Shown piece after piece: positions 12,096 through 24,837 of a stretch of DNA of 64,000 bases. The notes below the pieces were generated by a model. That model did no database searches. It saw only the letters and a list, made by a program, of their open reading frames with translations, and had not been told where the DNA came from. The stretch covers positions 74,710,001-74,774,000 of the forward strand of contig NC_042999.1 of the NCBI RefSeq assembly GCF_006345805.1. Direction: 5' to 3'. Origin of the DNA: Octopus sinensis (lineage: Eukaryota). A program made the translations under genes and the position numbers. The number at the start of each line of letters is the position of its first letter. Position 1 is the stretch's first letter.

Positions 12096-12430
12096 TGATA
12101 GCCAGAGGTACATAATAGTGGTCATAGTGAGTGGGAACAAAAGTGGAATGGAGGCATAGATTGCAGATATGAGCACTTGTTGCAAGTGTAAAAAATATGA
12201 AAGAGTGTTAGAGAGGAGGTACGACTGTTCTAAGATGTAACTCAAGGGAGAAGGAAAGATATATGGAAGTTATTTAGAATGAGAGATAGATGTTAAAAAA
12301 AAGCAATTCCAGTAAGAGTGGGAAGTAACTAATTGCACGAAGGCAAAAAAATAAGGGCAGACTTTGTATAGTTATATGACTGGATGTGCAATGTCATTGT
12401 GCATGTATGACAGTGTGTAGTGTCCTGAAA
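11740..12430 (-). mobile_element. Highly decayed CR1/L2-like LINE 3' region with an internal (AG)n tract
   Basis: Strong purine/pyrimidine strand skew and weak resemblance to a LINE C-terminus; (AG)n at about 12056-12092. Confidence 0.35.
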
Positions 12431-12439
12431 GAAAAATTG

Positions 12440-13065
12440 GGCATAAGAGGCATCAGATGTGGTGTGCAAGAGAGAAGACTATGCTGTGTGTGGATGAGGA
12501 TAGCTGTGTAAAGAACTTTCAATAGAACCTGTGGAAGAGGAGACCAAGAAGACATGGGATGAGGTGGTAAAGCATGATCTTCAAATGTTGGGCCTCATGG
12601 AAACAATGACAAGTAACCAAGACCTTTGGCAATATGCTGTGCTATGCCAGTAACACATAAAAAGCACTTAACAGAGGCAATATGGCTGTTGTCAGTGTCA
12701 CATAGCTAGCATCTATGCCGGTGACACACAAAAAGCACCTTTTGAGTGTTGGGCCCCACAGAGGCAGTGACAAATGACTGAGACCTTTGGCGATATGTCA
12801 AGCTTGAGATGAAGACCCATCAAGCCAAGTGAAATTGTAGTTGTGGAATATACAGGTGTCACACAACTGGCACCAGTGCTGGTGGCATGTATAAGCACCC
12901 ACTACACTCACGGAGTGGTTGGCATTAGGAATGGCATCCGACTGTAGAAACCATGCCAAATCAAACTGGAGTATGGTGCAGCCCCTCAGCTTACCAGCTC
13001 TGGGGCAAACCGTCCAATCCATGCCACCATGGACAATAGACACTGAAGGATTATTATTATTGATA
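12440..13065 (+). mobile_element. RTE LINE 3' end
   Basis: Matches the C-terminal and 3' UTR sequence of the copies at 19560-20100 and 51055-51900 (gaagacatgggatgaggtggt..., ggaatggcatccgactgtagaaacc). Confidence 0.75.
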
Positions 13066-13160
13066 ATAATCATTTAACATCTATTGTCCATGCTGGCATG
13101 GTTTGGATGGTTTGACCAGAGTTTTTAAGTTGAGGGGCTGCACCAGAATATTATTATTAT

Positions 13161-13292
13161 TCCGTGGACATCAACTTTGCCTTCCATCCTTATAGGGTCG
13201 ATAAATTAAGTACCAGTTGCGTACTGAGGTTAATCTAATCGACTGGCTCCCTTCCCCAAAAAATTTCAGGCCTTGTACCTATAGCAGAAAGG
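13161..13292 (+). mobile_element. SINE family B, 5'-truncated copy with an (ATT)n tail
   Basis: actttgccttccatcc...gtcgataaattaagtaccag core shared with the copies at 17129, 24199 and 25634. Confidence 0.8.
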
Positions 13293-13294
13293 AT

Positions 13295-13305
13295 TATTGT
13301 TGTTG

Positions 13306-13372
<67 letters not shown>

Positions 13373-13398
13373 TATTATTATTATTATTATTATTATTC
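13295..13398. repeat. (ATT)n microsatellite (SINE tail and Dong target tract)
   Basis: Direct reading. Confidence 0.95.
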
Positions 13399-15600
13399 TA
13401 TGTTTGACTTTTGCTTTACATTTGCACAAGCTGGCTCCAAGTCTCACCCAGAGACCTCAAGAGACAACAAGTTGGAAGTTCGCGTTGGTGTTATGCCTAG
13501 GGTGCCATATATTTGGTTTTGTACTTAGTGTTGTACTAATGAATGCCTAAAAAACCATACGAAAACTATTTTTGTTTTAAAACTTGAAATTACATAGAAA
13601 GTATTTTACGTAGGATATGAGCAGTTCCCATGAGCACCATCTTTTGAATTTCTGCCATTTTGGGGGTTCCTGGTATCTGAGTTAGGTAGCAATCAGCCCC
13701 TTTTGTTATCATTCCCAGGGCACCTATGACAACAGGTATTGTTTTAGTCTTCAGGTTCCACATTTTGCTGATTTCTATTTCCAGATCTTTCTGGTAGGTC
13801 TTGACAGTTTCTGGTAGGTCTTGACAGATATGTTTACATCGATTGGGACAGTCATATCAATGAGGAGGCATGTTTTTTGTCTGAAGTCTTTTACTATGAT
13901 GTCTGGCCCATTCGCATCTATCTTTTTGTCAGTTTGAATGGTGAAGTTCCAGAGGAGTGAGATGCAATCATTTTCAAGCTCTGGAGGTGGTTTGTGTTCC
14001 CACCAGTTTTTATCATGGGGCAAGTCCAGGCTTCTGCAAATTACCCAGTGAATATATTGTGCAGCTCTATCATGCCTGTTGAGATTCTCTGTAGGTGCAA
14101 GAAGACTGCACTTGGAGACAACATGATCAATGGTTTCATTTTGTTGTTGACATACATGATATGTTGGGCTACTGCCGTTCTTTAATATGTTGGCCTGGTA
14201 GTTCCTTGTAGGTAGGCACTGATCTTGAGCTGCTATGATAAACCCTTCTGTTTCAGATTTTAAGCCAGAGGCCATTAGCCATTGATGGGTCAGGGCTTTG
14301 TCAACATCTGCATTATTCGCTGTCTTTGGGTATTTGCCATTGAGAGGTTTTTCTTGCCATTTATCATTCAGAATATCTAAGGCAACAGTTTTAGCACGAG
14401 TTTTCATGCACTTAGCTTTTTCGGTGCTTGTTTCTTGTATGTCTAATTCCGAAATTTGTTGTATTCAGAATTCACTTAGATATTCCTTTGCCTGTTTTGT
14501 TACTGAGTATGATGCTTTCTTGTTTTCATGTTTTGAGACAAGTTTTAACATCTAATCCTCAGAGTTTTTCAGGTAGGTGTCTAGGCCAATTGTAGCAATC
14601 TTCATTGTTATTGCCAGTTGTAAAAGTCCATGGCCTCCCTCTTTTCTTGGCAGATAAAGTCATTCTATAACTGCCTTAGGGTGGTGCATTTTATGCATTG
14701 TCAACAGTTTTCGTATTTTCTGTCAAGATTACATATTTCAGTAATTGACCAGTAAACGATATTGAAACTGTAAGTCACGACTGGTATGGCTAATGCATTG
14801 ATCGCTTCGATCCTGTTTCTCGCATTCAGCTCTGTCTTGAGTATTGCTCTTACTCTGCGATAACATTCTCTCCTGATCCTTTCCTTCATCACTGAATGCT
14901 TTATTCCATCCCCTTCAATTACCCCTAGGTACTTGTAGCTCTCCGCTGGGTCTAACTCTTTTATGACATTCTGCTGGTCGAGGTAAACGTTAGATGTTTC
15001 TGTCACTTTTCCTTTGATAAAGGTAGCTTTTGCACATTTATCAAGGCCAAATTGCATTCTGATGTCATCACTGAATTGTTTAACCATCGTTAGTAAGCCC
15101 TTGAGTTGTTGGTCATTTTTTGCACAGAGCTTTAAATCATGCATGTAAATGAGATGATATATATTCTTATCCAACATTTTATGTCCGTACTGTGCGTCAT
15201 TGAGCAATTTTGAGAGAAGTATTAAGGCTAAACAAAAGAGGAGTGTTGATAGTGAGTCGCCCTGGAAAATGCCACATGAAATTTTACATCACCAGCATTT
15301 AGAGATTCATCGTCACTGTTTAAAGTTAGTGTGGTTCTTCATGATCTCATACTTACAGACAACAAGTTTCGCAGAGTAGGCGCTAGTTTACACATTTCCA
15401 GGCATTTCTTAATCCAGCTATGGGGTAGGCTATCAAAAGCCTTTTTATAGTCTATCCAGGCCATTGATAAGTTTTTGTGTCGTTTGTGACAATCTTCTTA
15501 GATCTTATTGATGAGTAGCTGATCTTAACAACCATAGGGTCCATGTTTACATCCTTTCTGTTCATTAGGGAATATGCTGTTGTCTATTAAAAAACTATGT
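13399..15600 (-). mobile_element. Dong/R4-clade RT-RLE retrotransposon, subfamily C, copy 3 (5'-truncated, decayed)
   Basis: ORFs 14701..15207 (RT; HLIYMHDLKL from YMDD) and 13775..14407 (HQWL..GLKSETEGFIIAAQDQ, zinc knuckle region, GPDIIVKD RLE motif). 3' end abuts (AAT)n. Confidence 0.9.
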
Positions 15601-15651
15601 ATATATTTCGTCAGGACAGATGTTAGCGTTCTATACATATTATTGTTATTA

Positions 15652-15686
<35 letters not shown>

Positions 15687-15689
15687 TTT

Positions 15690-16547
15690 ATTTTAATAGT
15701 TTGGCTTTTGCTTAGTATTTGTACAAGTTGACTCCAAGTCTCGCCCAGAGACAAGTTAGAAGTTCTTGTTGATGTTATGTCTAGGGTGTCATATATTTGG
15801 TTTAGCACATAGCATTGTTCCAGAGAATGTTTAAGAAAACATAAGAAAGTTATGTGTTTGTTTTAAAATTTGACAGTATTTTACATAGGATATGAGCAGT
15901 TCAAAAGAGCACTATCTTGAATTTCTGCCATTTTGGGCTTTCCTGGTATCTGAGCTACGTAGGAATCAGTCCCTTTTGCTATCATTCCCGGGGCACCAAT
16001 TTCTATTTCAAAATCTTTATACCTGTTCAGTTTTTGGTAGGTTTTGACAGATACATTTATGTTGATTGGAACAGTCATATCAATGAGGAGGCATGATTTT
16101 TGTCTGAAGTCTTTTACTATGATGTCTGGCCTATTTGCATCTATCTTTCTGTCAGTTTGAATGGTGAAGTTCCACAGAAGTGAGATGCAATCATTTTCAA
16201 GCACTGGAGGTGGTTTGTGTTTGCATCAGTTTTTATCATGGAGCAGGTCCAGGTTTTTGCAAATTACCCAGTGAATATATTGTGCAGCTCTATCATGCCT
16301 GTTGAAATGCTCTGTAGGTGCAAGAAGACTGCACATAGATATATCATGATCAATGGTTTCATTTTGTTGTTGACAAACATGACATGTTGGGCTACTGCCA
16401 TTCTTTAATATGTTGGCCTGGTAGTTCCTTGTAGGTAGGTATTGATCTTAGGCTGCTATGATAAACCCTTCTATTTCTCATTTTAAGCCAGAAGACACTA
16501 ACCATTGATGGGTAAGGGCTTTGTCAACATCTGCACTATTAGCTCTC
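15690..16547 (-). mobile_element. Dong/R4 subfamily C, copy 2 (5'-truncated)
   Basis: ORF 15881..16204 contains RPDIIVKD..LLIDMTVP; same 3' UTR as copy 3; flanked by TAA tracts. Confidence 0.88.
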
Positions 16548-16569
16548 TATTATTATTATTATTATTATT

Positions 16570-17074
16570 CTATGTTTGACTTTTGCTTTATATTTGTACA
16601 AGTTGGCTCCAAGTCTCACCCAGAGACCTCAAGAGACAACAGGGTTGGAAGTTCATGAGAGCACTATCTTTTGAACTTCTGCCATTTTTGGGTTTCCTGG
16701 TATCTGAGTTAGGTAGCTATCAGCCCCTTTTGCTATCATTCCCAGGGCACCTATGACAACAGGTATTGTTTTAGTCTTCAGCTTCTACATTTTGCTGATT
16801 TCTATTTCAAGATCTTTATATTTGCTCAGTTTTTGGTAGGTCTTGACAGATACGCTTATATCGATTGGGACAGTCATATCAATGAGGAGGTATGTTCTTT
16901 GTCTGATGTCTTTCAATATGATGTCTGGCCTATTTGCATCTATCTTCCTGTCAGTTTGAATGGTGAAGTTCCAGAGGAGTGAGATGTGGTCATTTTCAAG
17001 CACTGGGGGTGGTTTGTGTTCCCACCAGTTTTTTTCATGGGGCAAATCGAGGTTTTTACAGATTACCCAGTGAA

Positions 17075-17075
<1 letters not shown>
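16570..17075 (-). mobile_element. Dong/R4 subfamily C, copy 1 (short, 5'-truncated, internal deletion)
   Basis: ORF 16785..17045 RLE domain (RPDIILKD...KYKDLEIE); same 3' UTR; flanked by TAA tracts. Confidence 0.88.
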
Positions 17076-17128
<53 letters not shown>

Positions 17129-17340
17129 GGCAGCAAGCTGGCAGAATTGTTAGTGTACTGGATGAAATTCTGAGCAGTATTTCTCCTGTTGGTACGTTCT
17201 GAATTCAAATTCTGTCGAGGTTGACTTTACCTTTCATCCTTTTGGGGCCAATAAAATAAGCACCAATTAAACACTGGAGCTGATGTAATTGACTCATCCC
17301 CTCCCCCCAAATTACTGCCCTTGTGGTAAAATTTGAAACC
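17129..17340 (+). mobile_element. tRNA-derived SINE family B
   Basis: A-box-like tggcagaattgttag, B-box-like gaattcaaattc, conserved core actttacctttcatcc...gataaa..agtaccag, (ATT)n tail. Confidence 0.85.
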
Positions 17341-17379
17341 ATTATTATTATTGTTGTTGTTGTTGTTATTATTATTATT

Positions 17380-17441
<62 letters not shown>

Positions 17442-18044
17442 CATATTAATACACATGTATATTTTAATCACTATTTTTACTGTATAAACATTTATGAAAT
17501 GAAAAGGGAGCCTGAAATACTTGTGGCGTTATATATGTATGTATATATTAATGTGTGTGTGTGTGTGTATAATTAATATGCATATAAATCTCTGAACAAG
17601 AAATATGCAATTTATGAATACATAAGAACTCAGTGAAACATATAAGAAATAGTGTCTTGATCAGAGTATTGATATAGTAAGTCTTTATCGTTTAGTACAC
17701 TAAAATAGGAAACACTTCAAACATATTAAGATGCTTACTATAGGCATTAAATTATCAGGCCCGAGACATGTACATCTGAAATGAAATATGCTCTCTGAGC
17801 CAAATTATGTGACTCTTCTTACAGTGGTATTACACTAAGTACAAAAAAGTATATTTTAAGTTATTTTAGCTATTTTAGGGACAAATGTTATTTAGAAAAC
17901 TGATTGCTGCTAAATATGGGTGTGCTAAAACTTTGATGGTTACAATTGCATAATCTGACTCTGTATGTTTTTTGTTAAGGATGTTCAGGCATTAGGCACA
18001 TAATTTAATGCCTAGCAATAAATATTTCAGTATATATAACAAAG

Positions 18045-18183
18045 TACATTATTTACAGTTGATGGATATTTGTCCTCACCTTGTTTGTTGTTAACACATT
18101 TTGGTTGAATATACCCTCCAGCCTTCATCAGGTGTCTTGGGGAAATTTCAAACCTGGGTTCTCATTCCTAAGGTATTTTTCGA

Positions 18184-18245
<62 letters not shown>

Positions 18246-18548
18246 TCACTGCCTGGAATTGAACTCTGAATCTTGGGGTTAGTAGCCCACACTCTTAATA
18301 ACTACACCATATGCCTGTGGTGTAGTGGTTAAGAGCGTGGGCTACTCACCCCAAGTTTCCGAGTTCAATTCCAGGCAGTGACCTGAATAATAATAATAAT
18401 AACAACATTGAAAAATACCTTAGGAATGAGAACCCAGGTACAAAGTTTCCCCAAGATACCCGAAGAAGGCTGGAGGGTATATCAGCCAAAACGTTGTGTT
18501 AGCAACAAACAAGATGAGGACAAATATCCATCAATTGTAAATAATGTA
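18045..18548. repeat. Head-to-head palindrome of a tRNA-like head + (AAT)n + hammerhead-like module (non-autonomous Penelope-related element)
   Basis: Arms 18045-18310 and 18317-18548 are reverse complements around a centre near 18313. A box tggtgtagtgg, B box gagttcaattc. Confidence 0.85.
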
Positions 18549-18814
18549 AATAATTCCTCATTTCTTAAATATAGAACTGTATTATATAACAAAGGTCTTA
18601 TTTTTTTGTACTCAATAGGAAGTATGAAATACTTAATATATAAACTCTGTGGCTGAAACAATATTTTTCATTAAATTGTTATATATTCACAGATATCCAC
18701 AAATCCAAGTAAGGTGAGAGTTAACTACAAGTACAATGACGAATTTAGTGTACCGGTAAGCATTTATCAATGACTCAGTTCTTAGTTCCCTATTTTTCAT
18801 CATCATCCTCCAGG

Positions 18815-19360
18815 CCATAACAGAGGAATTCAAGACTAGCTATGGAACTACGATATGATGAGGATCTTGCTCTCATAGAAGATTCTATAATCGAGATAGA
18901 AAAGAAATTCCAGGTGTGGAAGCAAAACCTGGAATCTAAGGGCCTTAAGGTTAACTTAATAAAGACTAAGGTTTTAGTAAGCAACAAAACAGACAAGACC
19001 CTACACACTTCAGGTAAGTGGCCTTGCTTGATTTGCAGGAAAGGTCTAGGCAGGAATTCCATGCCATGTACCCAGGGTAGGTTATGGACACACAAGAGGT
19101 GCAGTGGAATAATAGGAAGATTAGCAGAGAAAGTAATGTTCATATGTAGAAAATGCACAGGAGCCATAAAAACTACAGATACTCAGGAAATTGATTCTCT
19201 CAAATGCCCTGAAGGCTCTTTAGAGGTAGTAGATAATTTATGCCACCTAGGGGAACAAATTAGTTATGGGGGTGTGGAGAAGATGTACAGGAAGTGCAAT
19301 ACCTAGAATAAGAATAGGATGGAGAAAATTCGGAGAGCTTTTATTTCTGTTGGCAACCAA

Positions 19361-19412
<52 letters not shown>

Positions 19413-20100
19413 GAAAGGAAGACTGTATGAGGTATATATACAAACAACAATTCTACATTGTAGTAAGACATGGACCTTGAATGCAGAGGACATGCAAAGG
19501 CTAGAGAAGAATGAAGCTAGTATGCTCCACTGGATTTGCAATGTAAGTGTACATGTACGACAAAGTGGTAGTGCATTGAGAGAAAAGTTAGGCATAAGAG
19601 GAATTAGATACTGTGTGTGAGAGAGAAGACTGTGTTGGTTTGGTCTTGTGATGTGGATGGATGTTGACAACCCGATAAAAAAGTCCTAATAACTTTAAAG
19701 TGGATGGAACTTAGGAAGACATGGGATGAACTATTGAAGAACGACCTCAGGATGCTGAACATTTTGGAGAAGATGACGAAGGACAGAGATATCTGGTTCT
19801 TCACTATACACAAAATCTGTCCTCCATAGAAGTGTTAAGGTCTCTTCCCCTGATGATGATGATGATTGGCCTGCAAGAGCACCCATGCTGGCATCGTGTA
19901 AAAGTGCTGCTGTTGGTGCCACATTAAAAGCATGCAGCACACACAGTGTAAGGCGATTGGTGTTGGGAAGTGCATCCAGCCATAGAAACCAAGCTATAAT
20001 AGACTGGAACCTGGTGCCACTCTCCTACCTGCCAGTTCTGGTCAAACCATCCAACCTATGCCATCATGAAAAACAGACATTAAAGGATGATGATGATGAT
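18815..20100 (+). mobile_element. 5'-truncated RTE LINE with a PHD-like Cys/His cluster and a (GAT)n tail
   Basis: ORF 18842..19306 (ELRYDEDLAL from LLYADDL, GLKVNLIKTK, WPCLIC...WTHKRC...CRKC) and ORF 19411..19620; internal (CT)n. Confidence 0.88.
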
Positions 20101-20725
20101 ATCCTTCTCACAGAGAATGTTTCTTTTTATCCTGAGATACTTTATTTCATTTTATTTTTTGTTCTCGTTCAGAAGTAAGTTGATTTTAAACTGTTTCATA
20201 ATCTAACTGTGACCCTGTTCTATCCACAGATCCAGTCGGTGGCTAACAGTAGGTTGTCTCATACAAACTCACTGCTGTTTTCTACATTATAGAACTTGAT
20301 CTCCACCCTCATCTTGACATAGGCATCACCTAATATGAGATGCTTCTGCATGTAATACAGAAGTCAAGGATGATTTGTGTAGTTTTGAATTCCTATAGAA
20401 TTTAGTTAATTTCTTTGTATTTGCATGTTTTGTTTTGTTGATATATATTTGACTTTCTTTAACAAAATATAAAATATTTTGCCTACAGTAACAGAGAGTT
20501 ATGAAAGGATAAACATTTGAATTTTAAATGAAAATTAAGCAAAAGTTAATATTGTATGAATGTAAAGAATATTCACCTTAAATAGATATTGTCTTTTATA
20601 GTATAGATACATTATAAGTAGTAATACACATATTGATAGAACGATAGATTTACTTAAAATAGCAATAACTTTTTAACATTACAAGAATAATAACAGATAT
20701 AATAAATATTGCATAAAATATTTAC

Positions 20726-20873
20726 TTGGCTCCTAATTCCGAACAGATGTCATTCACTATGTCATCTGAGAGATAGCTCTTACAAACTGGTATGTAGTCT
20801 GACCCATAAAGCTTTTCCACTCTTCCAGACATCAAAGTTCGGCCATGAGTTAATTTAAACTCCCGTTTTACAC
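20726..20873 (-). CDS. Host gene exon: SRCR domain, N-terminal half (VKREFKLTHGRTLMSGRVEKLYGSDYIPVCKSYLSDDIVNDICSELGA)
   Basis: Acceptor ttttttaatacag, donor gtaaat, 148 nt, phase 1-2; L..G....GRVE......VC........C.ELG matches the SRCR pattern. Not in the ORF track. Confidence 0.87.
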
Positions 20874-23432
20874 CTGTATTAAAAAAGAAGAATTCTGATT
20901 AAGTTGTTGATTAGTTTGGATAATGAATGAAGCTAATACAGTATTAGCTTTGTGTTTTTATGGATGACATTGAAATACTGCAGGAATTTGCTTTGCCATT
21001 CATTCACTATGGTCAATGAATTAAGTGTCAGTATTATACTATTTCCTTTTTTAAATTCAAATGACTATACAGAAATTGACTAACAAAATTGGTCTGTGCT
21101 CATACAGAAAGGTACAAAAGATTGGGTTAGTTAAGGACTCTTCTGATTAAGAAAAAATAAGACCTGTAACAATTCCTTGAGCAGTTAACATTCACAATTA
21201 TAAGTTCACTAAATTCTATTTAATCTGCTTTAAGTAGTTAGTAATCAGTTATCACATAATGTATTTCTGAAGAGGTCTTCTTGATAGAAAGAATCCTAAC
21301 AATAGCTTTGGTTTTTGAATTCAGAAAGAGTTTGATTTATATAAGTATCTGAGTTGATTATCTTGACACATCTGATATCACTTCACATCTGATTTCATCC
21401 TAATCTTGTCTATCTTTGTCTTAAAATATCCTCCAATGAAATGATGAAGAAGCACTTGTATCATCTATGTTTGAATGATACAATCTAAAGGAAACTGCAT
21501 GCTACTCTTAGACTTGCTTTAATATCACACATCTTCAAGGAGTAGCGTCTATGAATAATAAAAGACAGAAGTTTGAAGAACTTTCTACCAACTATTTTCT
21601 CTACTCCTAATATTTGTACTTTGTTGCCTCAAATCCTGATAAGCACTGTTGAATTTAACAGATTAGCATATCAGGCAATAAATCTTTGAAAGGAGATCCT
21701 CCAAATTGGTAATTATATTTAAAAAAATTAATAATTCTGTACAGTAAATAAATAATTGTATATCTTTATTGGCAAACTCATTACTGGTACACAGAGGACA
21801 TCATAAACTCATAAAAACCTAGGGCTGGGATTGTAAAGATAGTACAATGCTTCTCAATCACTGATTTAATACAGGTTAATATGCCTACTATCTTGGTGGC
21901 AGAACAACACTTTTTTGTGTTGATGGTTTTAATGACCAAAATACTAGTAGTGACCTTGCACTAAAAATTTATTTTAACTGAACAATAGCAAATTTTATCA
22001 AAATAACTGGTATCATAGTGAAAATGTAAACAGAAGGGAGGAGATTGTTCCTCTGTAACATCCACTCCATTCTTAAGATATGCTAGCATATATAAATTCC
22101 AACGACTTCAGGAATGTTAAGGAATGTTAAAATATAGATATAGTAAGAAGCTTGTGCAAGCAATATTTTCCTAATTACAGCAGCTTTCAGTAAATCTGAT
22201 GGCTTAAGTGAATTCCTTTTTGGCTAATGATTAGTGGATATACACTCCATAATCACTCAACAGCAGAGAAGTAGAATAGGAGTGGAATCTTCTACCAAAA
22301 GATTTGACATGGTTAATCACATACATTTATATTATGATCTCATGCAGCCTTGTTGCACCACCAAATTTAGCAAGATGATTTCTATATAGATTTTGTCATA
22401 AAATTAATCAGTTTTTTTTTTTTTTGGAAGGTTTCCTTACTATTACCCATAAGGTCTTTGGAAATCGCATGCGTAGCTGCTCAGATAGGCATTATCTCAG
22501 GTTTATATAACAAAGGGCAAACTACTGAGTAATTTCAAGGTTACATATCAATAGGGCGGTATTCTGATACCCACATAGTTTTCTTTTTACCTATTACTTC
22601 ATTATTATTTGGTTCTTACTGAAGAATCTACTGCAAAGATACAAAAATATTTATAGTCTGGAAGAATGGTCAATGAAGTCAAAAGGTCACTAATTTAACA
22701 TAGCAAAGACCAAATAATAAGAATCAGCAGATGTAAAAACCACTGTAACAAATGAAAAATGATCTTGTTCAGAGAGAAATCAGCTCTTAAATATTGAGCA
22801 AGACCATTTTTTTTTTATTTATCAAAGTTGAAACAATGTGTTGTGGAAAATATAGCAGGATTTTAAACATTAAGTGTATAAGAGCATTAAGTGTTGTACA
22901 AGTTGTTTAAGAGCACTCGTTAAAGGAAATCAAGGAATTCATTGGATGGATTGCCATATTTAGTAGATATTTTCTGCTTACAAGATAACATAGTCAAGAA
23001 AGAAGGTATTTAGGCTGTTATATTCTAGAGCAAGAAAGGGTTGGAAGTTGTGAAAGAAATGTTACTTCTGCTGACAACAAATTATGCATCTCTCCACTTA
23101 AAAAGCAGATTCAAAGTAACTACTAGTGACTTCTCTTGCAAGTGAGCAAAATTTAACATCATCATGTTATCAAGTATGTGAAGGAAAAGGGTTTAGCCTC
23201 CAACAGTATTCATGTTGACATGGTTGCTACATTAAGGGATGATATTATAGATTTATCAACAGTGCAAAAATGGGCAGCTGAATTTAGGTGGGGGAAGGGA
23301 GAGTTTTGAAGATGTCCCATGGTTTGGACATCACTGAGGAAAACACTGGGCTCTTACAATAACAAATAAAAAGAGTAAATATTAATGCAAAATAAATATT
23401 TTTGAGCAAAATCAAATATAAATAAAACTTAC

Positions 23433-23546
23433 CTGAGCAATTATATTCATCTTCTCCATTGGGACAATGATCCATACCATCACATTTTTCAGAAAAAGAA
23501 TAGCATGTGGCATTGTTATTACAAGGATACCAGTTTTCTTCACAAC
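23433..23546 (-). CDS. Host gene exon: LDLa repeat (CEENWYPCNNNATCYSFSEKCDGMDHCPNGEDEYNCS)
   Basis: Acceptor ttcttcaaaag, donor gtaagt, 114 nt, phase 1-1; six Cys and a CDG..HC..GEDE motif. Confidence 0.92.
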
Positions 23547-24198
23547 CTTTTGAAGAAAAAAGAAATAATGATTATAAATACTATTGAAATTTATGAAATC
23601 ACACTCATTTTTTTTAATCAAGCAAACTTTCTAATTATAAATTATAACATATTCATAAAATATAGAGTTTGAAACCTAGGTAAGGCTGTAAAAACACAAG
23701 GTAAAAGTTTTTATTTTTCATTCCCTTCGAAATTGCTCTTAAATGTGGTTTTTGTCATTTTGACTGCTCCTTCTAGCATGTAAGACTGCCTGTTAAGGGT
23801 CGTCTCTTTTGTGTTTAAATGTACACTAATTTCATAAATTATAACATATGTGACATTTAAAAAAATTTATCTTTTAATAAGTTTTCAAATATTAAAAAAG
23901 ATCAATAGGCAAATTCAATTTGTCTATAGATTTTGGTATGTATTTGGATCAGAGTGGTGAAAAAGCTTAATCTTTCTGACTTAGTGCTGGTGCCGCATAA
24001 AAAGAACCGGGGCTGGTGCCATGTAAAACTACCCTGTACACTCTTTGAAGTGGTTGGCTTAGACAGGGAAACATAAGAAGAGATTAATATTTTTTTAAAT
24101 ATAAAAATACTCTCTTGTAGGTTAACTATATGCTATTGTTCCAATTCCTAGAAACACATCAAAGAAATTGTTAGGGTCATTATTATGTCATTGCTCAA

Positions 24199-24413
24199 GG
24201 TGGTGAGCTGGCAGAACTGTTAGCGTACTGGGCAAAATGCTTAGTGGAATTTTGCCTGTCTTTTTGTTCTGAGTTCAAATTCTGCTGACATTGACTTAGT
24301 CTTTCATTTTTGTGGGATTGATGAAATAATGTACCAGTGGCACACTGGAGTCAATGTAGTCAACATGTCCTCCCACTCCCAAAATTTCAGGCCTTGTGCC
24401 TAGAGTAGAAAGG
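24199..24413 (+). mobile_element. tRNA-derived SINE family B
   Basis: ggtggtgagctggcagaactgttagc...gagttcaaattc...aggccttgtgcctagagtagaaaggattatt. Confidence 0.85.
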
Positions 24414-24837
24414 ATTATTACGTCATAGCTAATCATTTCGGTTGCCTTCCTTTGGATGTGGTCTTAGATGTCACTGTGTGTTGCAGTGGCACTACCCCAT
24501 ATGTAGCAGCAGTATTCCATTGAGAGTCTCACCTGAGCTTCATGGAGGATTAGTAGTTGATGGAAAATGGAGACTGATGTATTTTGTGGTGCTGAAGAGG
24601 AAACCAGTTTTTGCTATGTTCTCTTCTTTGTTGAGGATGTACATTATCAGGGGAAATATATTCAATGATGATGTGCTGGAATTTGTTATGAAAATATGGA
24701 AGAAATGAAAGTTTTATTCCTGATAGATTATAAAAATGAAACTTTTGCAACTAATTTATGTTATCATTTATTTGATAAATTCTGTATATTTTCTGAAATA
24801 CAAATATCAAGAAAAATAAAGATTTGAACTGTCTTAC

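Noticed and set aside
17739-17775. Possible 37-nt micro-exon (CTCLGPDNLMPI) with good-looking AG/GT sites
   Set aside because: It would be phase 2-0 and shift the frame of the downstream phase-2 SRCR exon; no domain support.
18317-18385. tRNA genes at the tRNA-like heads (also SINE A and B heads)
   Set aside because: A and B boxes are present, but I could not fold a complete cloverleaf with an acceptor stem; they continue into repeat bodies, so they are treated as SINE or pLTR heads.
21200-22520. Possible decayed integrase-like transposon on the minus strand (e.g. HLAKFGGATR)
   Set aside because: Only scattered short resemblances with many stops; cannot be supported without a profile search.
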